From the NCBI RefSeq assembly GCF_009914755.1, contig NC_060931.1: DNA of 64,000 nt. One strand, written 5' to 3'. Below the pieces are notes generated by a model that worked only from the letters and a program-made list of their open reading frames with translations, was not told where the DNA came from and made no database searches. Each line of letters opens with the position of its first letter. Position 1 is the stretch's first letter. A program made the position numbers and the translations under genes. This DNA is from the human T2T-CHM13v2.0 reference genome, Homo sapiens. Shown here piece after piece: positions 56,975 through 64,000 of the stretch.

Positions 56975-59370
56975 ACCTTCTGTCTCATTGATCTGTCTAA
57001 TATTGACAATGGGGTGTTAAAGCCTCTCATTATTATTGTGTGGAGTCTAAGTCTCTTTATAGGTCTCTAAGGACTGCTTTATGAATCTGGGTGCTCCTGT
57101 ATTGGGTGCATATATATTTAGGATAGTTAGCTCTTCTTGTTGAATTGATCCCTTTATCATTATGTAGTGGCCTTCTTTGTCTTTTTTGATCTTTGTTGGT
57201 TTAAAGTCTATTTTATCAGAGAATAGGATTGCAACCCCTGCTTTTTTTTGCTTTCTGTTTGCTTAGTAGATCTTCCTCCATCCTCTTATTTTGAGCCTAT
57301 GTGTGTCTTTGCATGTGAGGTGGGTCTCCTGAACACAGCACACCAATGGGTCTTCACTCTTTATCCAGTTCATCAGTCTGTGTCTTTTAATTGGGGCATT
57401 TAGCCCATTTACATTTAAGGTTAATATTGATATGTGTGAATTTGATCCTGCAATTATGATGTTAGCTGGTTATTTTGCCCATTAATTGATGCAGTTTCTT
57501 CATAGCATCGATGGTCTTTACCATTTGGCATGTTTTTGCAGTGTCTGGTAGCAGTTCTTTCTTTCCATGTTTAGTGCTTCCTTCAGGAGCTCTTGTAAGG
57601 CAGGCCTGGTGGTGACAAAATCTCTCAGCATTTGCTTGTCTGTAAAGTATTTTATTTCTCCTTCACTTATGAAGCTTAGTTTGGCTGGATAAGAAATTTT
57701 GGGTTGAAAATTCTTTTCCCTAAGTATGTTGAATATTGACCCCCAATCTCTTCTGTTTTGTAGGGTTTCTGCTGAGAGATCTGCTGTTAGTCTGGTGGAC
57801 TTCCCTTTGTGGGGAAGCCAACCTTTCTCTCTGGCTGCCCTTAACATTTTTTCCTTCATTTCAACCTTGGTGAATCTGATAATTATGTGTCTTGGGGTTG
57901 CTCTTTTTGAGGAGTATCTTTGTGGTGTTCTCTGTATTTCCTGAATTTGAATGTTGGCCTGCTTTGCTAGTTTGGGGAAGTTCTCTTGGATAATATCCTG
58001 AAGAGTGTTTTCTGACTTGGTTCCATTCTCCCTGTCCCTTTCTGATACACCTGTCAAATGTAGATTTGGTCTTTTCACATAGTCCCATATTTCTTGGAGG
58101 CTTTGTTCATTTCTTTTCACTTTTTTTTCTCTAATCTTGTCTTCTTGCTTTATTTCATTAGTTTGATCTTTGATCACTGATATCCTTTCTTACAGTTGAT
58201 CGAATCGGCTATTGAAGCTTGTGCATGCATCACGAAGTTCTTGTACCATGGTTTTGAGCTGTCAGGTCATTTAAGGTCTTCTTGACACTGTTTATTTTAG
58301 TTAGCCATTCATGTAACCTTTTTCCAAGGTTGTTAGCTATCTTGTGATGGGTTAGAACATGCTCCTTTAGCTCGGATAAGTTTGCTAATACCGACCTTCT
58401 GAAGACTACTTCTGTCAACTCATCAAACTCATTCTCTGTCCAGTTTTGTTCCCTTGCTGGTGAGGAGCTGTGATCTTTCGGAGGAGAAGAGATGCTCTGT
58501 TTTTTGGAATTTTCAGCTGTTTTGCTCTGGTTTCTTCCCATCTTTATGGTTTTATCTATCTTTGGTCTCTGATGTTGGTGACCTACAAATGGGGTTTTGG
58601 TGTGGATGTCCTTTTTGTTGATGTTGATGCTATTTCTGTCTGTTAGTTTTTCTTCTAACAGTCAGACTCCTCAGCTGCAGGTCTTTTGGAGTTTGCTGGA
58701 GGTCCTCTTCAGACCCTGTTTGCCTGGGTATTACCTGCAGAGGCTGCAGAACAGCAAATATTTCTGCCTCATCCTTCCTCTGGAAGCTTCATCCCAGAGG
58801 GGCACCCGCATGTTTGAAGTGTCTGTCGGCCTCTACTGGAAAGTGGTTCCCAGTCAGGCTACAGGGGGGTCAGGAACACATTTGAGGAGGCAGTCTATCC
58901 GTTCTCAGAGCTCGAATACCGTGCTGAGAGAACCACTGCTCTCTTCAGAGCTGTCAGACAGGGACGTTTAAGTCTGCAGAGGCTGTCTGTCTCCTGTGTT
59001 TTGTTCTACTCTGCCCTGCCCCCAGAAGTGGAATCTACAGAGGCAGTAGGCCTTGCTGAGCTGCGGTGGGCTCCACCCACTTCGTGCTTCCAGGCCTCTT
59101 TGTTTACACAGTAAGCTACTCAAGCCTCAGCAATGGCTGATACCCCTCCTCTATCAAGCTGCAGCATATCAGGTGGATCTCAGACTGCTGCACTAGCAGT
59201 GAGCAAGTCTCCGTGGGTGTGGCACCTGCCGAGCGAGGCACGGGAGGGTATCTCCTGGTCTGCCTGTTGCTAAGACTCAGTTGGAAATGCAGAAGTCACC
59301 TATCTTCTGCCTCAATCTTGCTGGGAGCTGCAGACTAGAGCTGTTCCTATTCGGCCATCTTGGAAATGCT
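56975..59370 (-). mobile_element. 3'-truncated older L1PA (5'UTR, ORF1, start of EN)
   Basis: ORF1 peptide 58177-57518; ends abruptly within EN against the tail of the + strand L1. Confidence 0.92.
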
Positions 59371-61263
59371 TCCCTTGATTAATATTTCAAATATACTTAA
59401 CCCTGCGTCTAATTGGGGCTGAAAACAGTTGAATCCAATGAAATCAGACTTGCTGGCAGTTAGAGGAATCTTATTTGGAGACATCATAAGGGAAAGGAGA
59501 GAAAACAGAGGAGGTATTTGAAATGGGAAATTTAAAATCACTCTTGAATTTTCTCAAAGTGCTGTAGATACTGAATGACTTATCATTGTGTGTAAACTAG
59601 GTAACTCCTTGTCTTTCTGATGCCTTTTTGCTTTTTCATGTATTGTCTCTAAAATCTCATAAATCCTTGAATGATCACCTCCAGGGGCACATGGGGAAAC
59701 TGAGGCTGAGGGAAAGAGAGTGAGTGTCAGAAGGGAATGCACAGTCTTTTATCTCTGTTCATCATCCTTTTCATTTATTTCATCAGCTCGCTCTAGAATT
59801 CTAGCAGAATTAGGAAGTTACAGACATCAGGGACCTCTTTTAGTCTAGCAGATTTAGATAAGTCTGAGGCATGTTGTTGAGTGAGAAAAGGAGTGAGTGA
59901 CAGAATGACAAAGTGGACTCACTTTCCAGTTTTCCAGCTTAATATGGAAGTTCTGAGAAAATGTCCCCTCTACACATTGGACACAGCAAATTACAACACT
60001 TGCTCAGCGTTTTCACTGAAACTGAAAAACAAACTTTCCTGTTTTCTACATTTCAGGGTTGATGTTTTACCTGTGCAAACAAAGATCCCAGGAATGTTTA
60101 TCTTGGGGGTACATCTGCTAAAGAACTGACCTAGAAAAGGTGGCGGGGAAATTATTGCTTTTGCAAAGGGAAAAATATGAAATTCCTGGGCAGTAATTAG
60201 ACAACAAAACCCTCACTTGGAAGAATTGGAATCAGGGAAACAAGCCTCAGGTATGCGGGAAAGATGATCTAAGCCAGAGCTGACTACTGCTGCTGCTGGC
60301 CCTGTGGAGATAAGCTCATAATTTTCCATCCAGAGGCCAGGCCCTAGACAGAGCATCAGACCAGGTTAGGCACAAAGGCTCGACCAAAGTTCACAGTCCA
60401 TGTGGCACATATGACATTTTATTCAGCAAAATTAAATATTTAATAATTTCATCAAATTATCACCTTTCTAGTGATTTTGCATATGATTCTGCCTTTGTTT
60501 AAAAAAAAAAAACCACAAATTCATTTTATGCTTAAATATCTGAGTTTGATAGATAACCACTATCTCATCTCAGTTATATCCACTCCCTGCTCAGACTCAC
60601 CCATAAGGTGCAGCCTTTGAAATAAAAGAAGTAAAGCAGAACACCTTTGTTCTGACTCCCAAAGCTGCAAAAGATGTCATGGGGAGTAAGAGCTGGGGTA
60701 GAGCCATGGAAATACCTTCAGGGGATTTAGCATTTTTTGGAGAGGATTCAAGCAAGTGCGAATGACCCAATGGTAAATACTTGAGCTCCCTAATAAAGTG
60801 AGTTTCAAAGCTGTCCAGGAGGTAGGGGAAAAAGGCTACTCCTGAGCTCTTGCTATAGAGAGGAAAGTTTGACTCTCATGTACACAGATAGCAAGCCACA
60901 AATGGGGGCTCCTTTTCCTACTCTTAATACTAACTAAATATGACTGTACCTTCCTGGGAACCTACATGGGGCAAAAGAAAAATGTTCTTTATGGTGCTCA
61001 CAAAGTCTGCACATCAAGTTCTGAACATCAGGTTGCCGATATACCTGAGATTTGGACTGTTCAACTGAGGCAAACCTGAGGTTCCTGAGAGTTAGCAAGA
61101 GAGTCCCGGGGTAAACCTTGCCATGCTCTGGATGATGCCTATACACTGTTTCTGAAAGTGTAAAACCTCAGACCTTCCTCCTGAGGAGAAGCAGTTTTAC
61201 TGATGGAACTAAGCTGCTCTCTCCAATCATAAGAAGCCAAAGAGTGAGCTCAAAAACACTCAC

Positions 61264-61357
61264 CTGATGGTAGGACAAAGTAGTTCCCAAAAAAAGCAGA
61301 GGTGTGGGCCCTGGAATGCCAAGCTTCTTAAAAAGTCCATGTGAATGGGCTCCATAT
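61264..61357 (-). pseudogene. CYP3A51P: CYP3A51P (CYP3AP1) exon-2-like remnant
   Basis: [31 protein letters not shown], 94 bp, AG/GT intact; flanks 59375-64000 are paralogous to CYP3A5 introns 2/1 (39940-43915). Confidence 0.9.
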
Positions 61358-62231
61358 CTACAAACTGAATCAGAAATCAGGTCTCAGGGATTGTGACTTT
61401 ATAGATATGGGGGCTGGTAAGTCACTGACTGAGGAACTGGAATGCTCAAGAGAAGGAGGTAACATTAAGGCAATAAATGATAACAGTAACTCTGACAGCA
61501 ATGATTATATTTGTACATCAAGTCCTTTCCCGTCTCCACCATGAGACACCAAAAAGTCACAATGATTAGTCGAAAGCAGCAGAAGTCTTTATGGTCCCAA
61601 TCCTGGAATGAATACTTGATAAATGTCCTCAAACGTGAGTGCTCCTCAGAGGTTCAGGAAGGAATTCTTCCAGGGCACTTCATTTCCTTATGTCTATTTA
61701 GTAAGTGGACTCTTCCCTGATTTGGGGATTCTCATCCTAGGCAGAAAGGGTGACTTTTTTTTTTTTTCTCTTCTGCAGTGATGATGAGATTTTGCATCAC
61801 TGCATCCACTCAGTCACAGAGGGTCACTGAGAGCCTATGGTGACCATGTCTTTAGAATTTGTGAAGAGTCTTTTATACTTTCCTTTCCCTCTAAGCTCTG
61901 ACCCTATTTTAGGATCTGGCCCTTCTTAAACTGTCATTCATAGAGGGGTGTCAGAGGAGTCACAGAGTCCTTATTTCTACAGATTGACAACTGTGCTGAA
62001 GGCTTCCATTGGCCTCGTAGAAATGCAAGCACCTTTCAGCTACACCTCAGTCTCTGTGGCCAGATGATCTGGTTGATTTGCGCTATTGGGGAGGATGATT
62101 AACTCATATTTCCCTGAATGACAGTGGCAGAAGATCCACAACTTAAAAAACCAATTTCCAGGACATTCCTCCTCTTGTGGAATCTAGCCTTCCAACTGGT
62201 GGTATTCACCTGATAATAAGCACACTGCCAG

Positions 62232-62643
62232 TGATATGGTCTGAATCTGCCCCTACGCAAATCTCATGTGGAAATGTAATCCCCAATGCTGGTGGTGGGG
62301 CCTGATGGAAGGCGATTGTATCTTAGGGGCAGTTTCTCCTGGTTTCACACCAACCCCCTTTGGGTGTTTCCTCGTGACAATGAGTTTTTATGAGATGTGG
62401 TGGCTTATAAGTGTGTGGCACCTCCTCCCCACCCTCTCTTGCTTCTGCTCCAGCCATGTAATATCTGCCTACTTCTCCTTCACCCTCTGCCATGATTGAA
62501 AATTTCCTGAGGGCTCCCTAGAGGCAGAAGTCGCTATGCTTCCTGTAGGGCCTGTAGAACCATGAGCCAATTAAATCTCTTTTATTTATAAATTACCCAG
62601 CCTCAGGTATTTCTTTACAGCGATGTAGGAAAGGACTAATACA
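62232..62643 (+). mobile_element. MST-type MaLR solo LTR
   Basis: TGATATGG...GGACTAATACA; 5-bp TSD gccag/cccag; absent at the paralogous CYP3A5 intron 1 site (about 42543). Confidence 0.85.
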
Positions 62644-64000
62644 CCCAGATATGCTCACTTTTTTCAAGGTGATCAATCACAAAGCAGTCAGTTTATTGCC
62701 TCTGCACATCAAGTATCTCTGTAGGAAAACCCATTAAGGCTGCTGCTCCCTATGGCAGGCCTGCTTGCAACTCATCTTTGATGGGTCATGTATGGACTCC
62801 CCCAACTGAGGGTTCTGGATATCTGAAGACCTTCCCAGTCTGATGTTACTGAGGGGTGGAAGACTGGAGGAAGAAGAAAGGCTGATGGCAGACATCACCA
62901 GCCATCAACTCAACCGTGAATCTGCTAGTCCCACAAGGTTGGTCCCAGAGAGGCAAATTAGGAAAATGTGGCTGAAAAGTATGGTGTATATAAATGGATC
63001 CATATGCGTCATGTGTGCTTTCAGCTGAAAGACAGGCACCTTCTAATGTCCAGGTACCTTCCTGTTGATAGCAAAAGGTACAGTATTCCACATAAGTAAA
63101 CATAAAATGTTCCAGACAGTTGAATGAAGACCTTGTTTTCTCTTCTATAATGGGTAGCACTTAAGGCAGTATAGGTTCCAAACATTCTGTACAAATCCAG
63201 TGACTCTGATAATATGTGGTAAAATACAACTGAGAAATGGCATGGAGGGTCGTGTTTGGAGATCCCAGCAGAGGCAGCATATAGTGCATTTGGATCCTTG
63301 CCCCAGAATAGTTAGTGGAAATGTGTGCACCATCTACTGAAACCAGGGTGGCCTTGGGTTTTCTACTCCTGTTCCTTCTTTTATTGTCACAGCTATGGCA
63401 AATCAATGACACTAATCTCTGCTTCTACACTTTCTAGAAGTTACGTGATCTCTCAGGTCAGGACAAACTATTGAGTTAATCTGTCAGCAGCACTGTCCCC
63501 CAAGGAAAGATCTAGGTGAGTGTCTAGACTCACATGGTTCCATGTCAAGGCAGAGGCTGTGCTGGGCAAACTGTTTAGTTTCTTTCTAGCTCCCCTCTGG
63601 TAGAGTAATACCACTTTTGGTTCCAATGAAGAGGCTAACAGAAAAGCCAGTCATCTATTGCACGTAATTGTGTTGGCCTAAGGAGGGCATGGTCTACACT
63701 ACAGTTTCTGACTCCTGGGCTGCACCAGCATTGTCTAAGGCTAAGGCATTGTCTGCCTGGCTGCCCGAGTCTGTAGTGACCGCCCCACAACATGGCAGAC
63801 CACGCACACAGTGACACATTTGATGTCCCTGTGTCCAGGCTTGAAGCAGATGAGATGCCAACCTGTTTGCCTTTTGAGTGACCTCCACTGTGGGGCCAGG
63901 ACCCATGAATATCTCTTTGGAGTTCTACCCTGAGAGCTGAGGAATATTTTCTTACTTCATACGGATCCTACGTGGATGCCTTTGCTATCATCACTAGCTC

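Overview
Human genomic DNA, not prokaryotic: the CYP3A cluster (chr7q22.1). The complete 13-exon CYP3A5 gene lies on the minus strand (ATG 45416, stop 13632). This haplotype carries the *3 splice-creating G (38245), H30Y, a 1-bp G insertion in exon 2 that frameshifts to a stop at codon 34, and the 3'UTR T variant. Together these match the classic *3B combination, a doubly inactivated allele. Upstream lie remnants of the CYP3A51P (CYP3AP1) pseudogene: an exon-2 copy (61264-61357) and an exon-13 copy (50659-50754). Between them is a deletion-inversion-deletion scar made of an inverted copy of intron 3 with a fold-back hairpin and two L1s. Other content: a full-length ARF6 processed pseudogene with TSD that splits a MER20; a 2.86-kb hAT transposon with MER30 ends and a decayed transposase in CYP3A5 intron 4; two inverted L1PA copies that share private ORF2 mutations (probable gene conversion); and many Alus, LTRs and simple repeats. 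Variant and subfamily names are from recall and were not database-checked.
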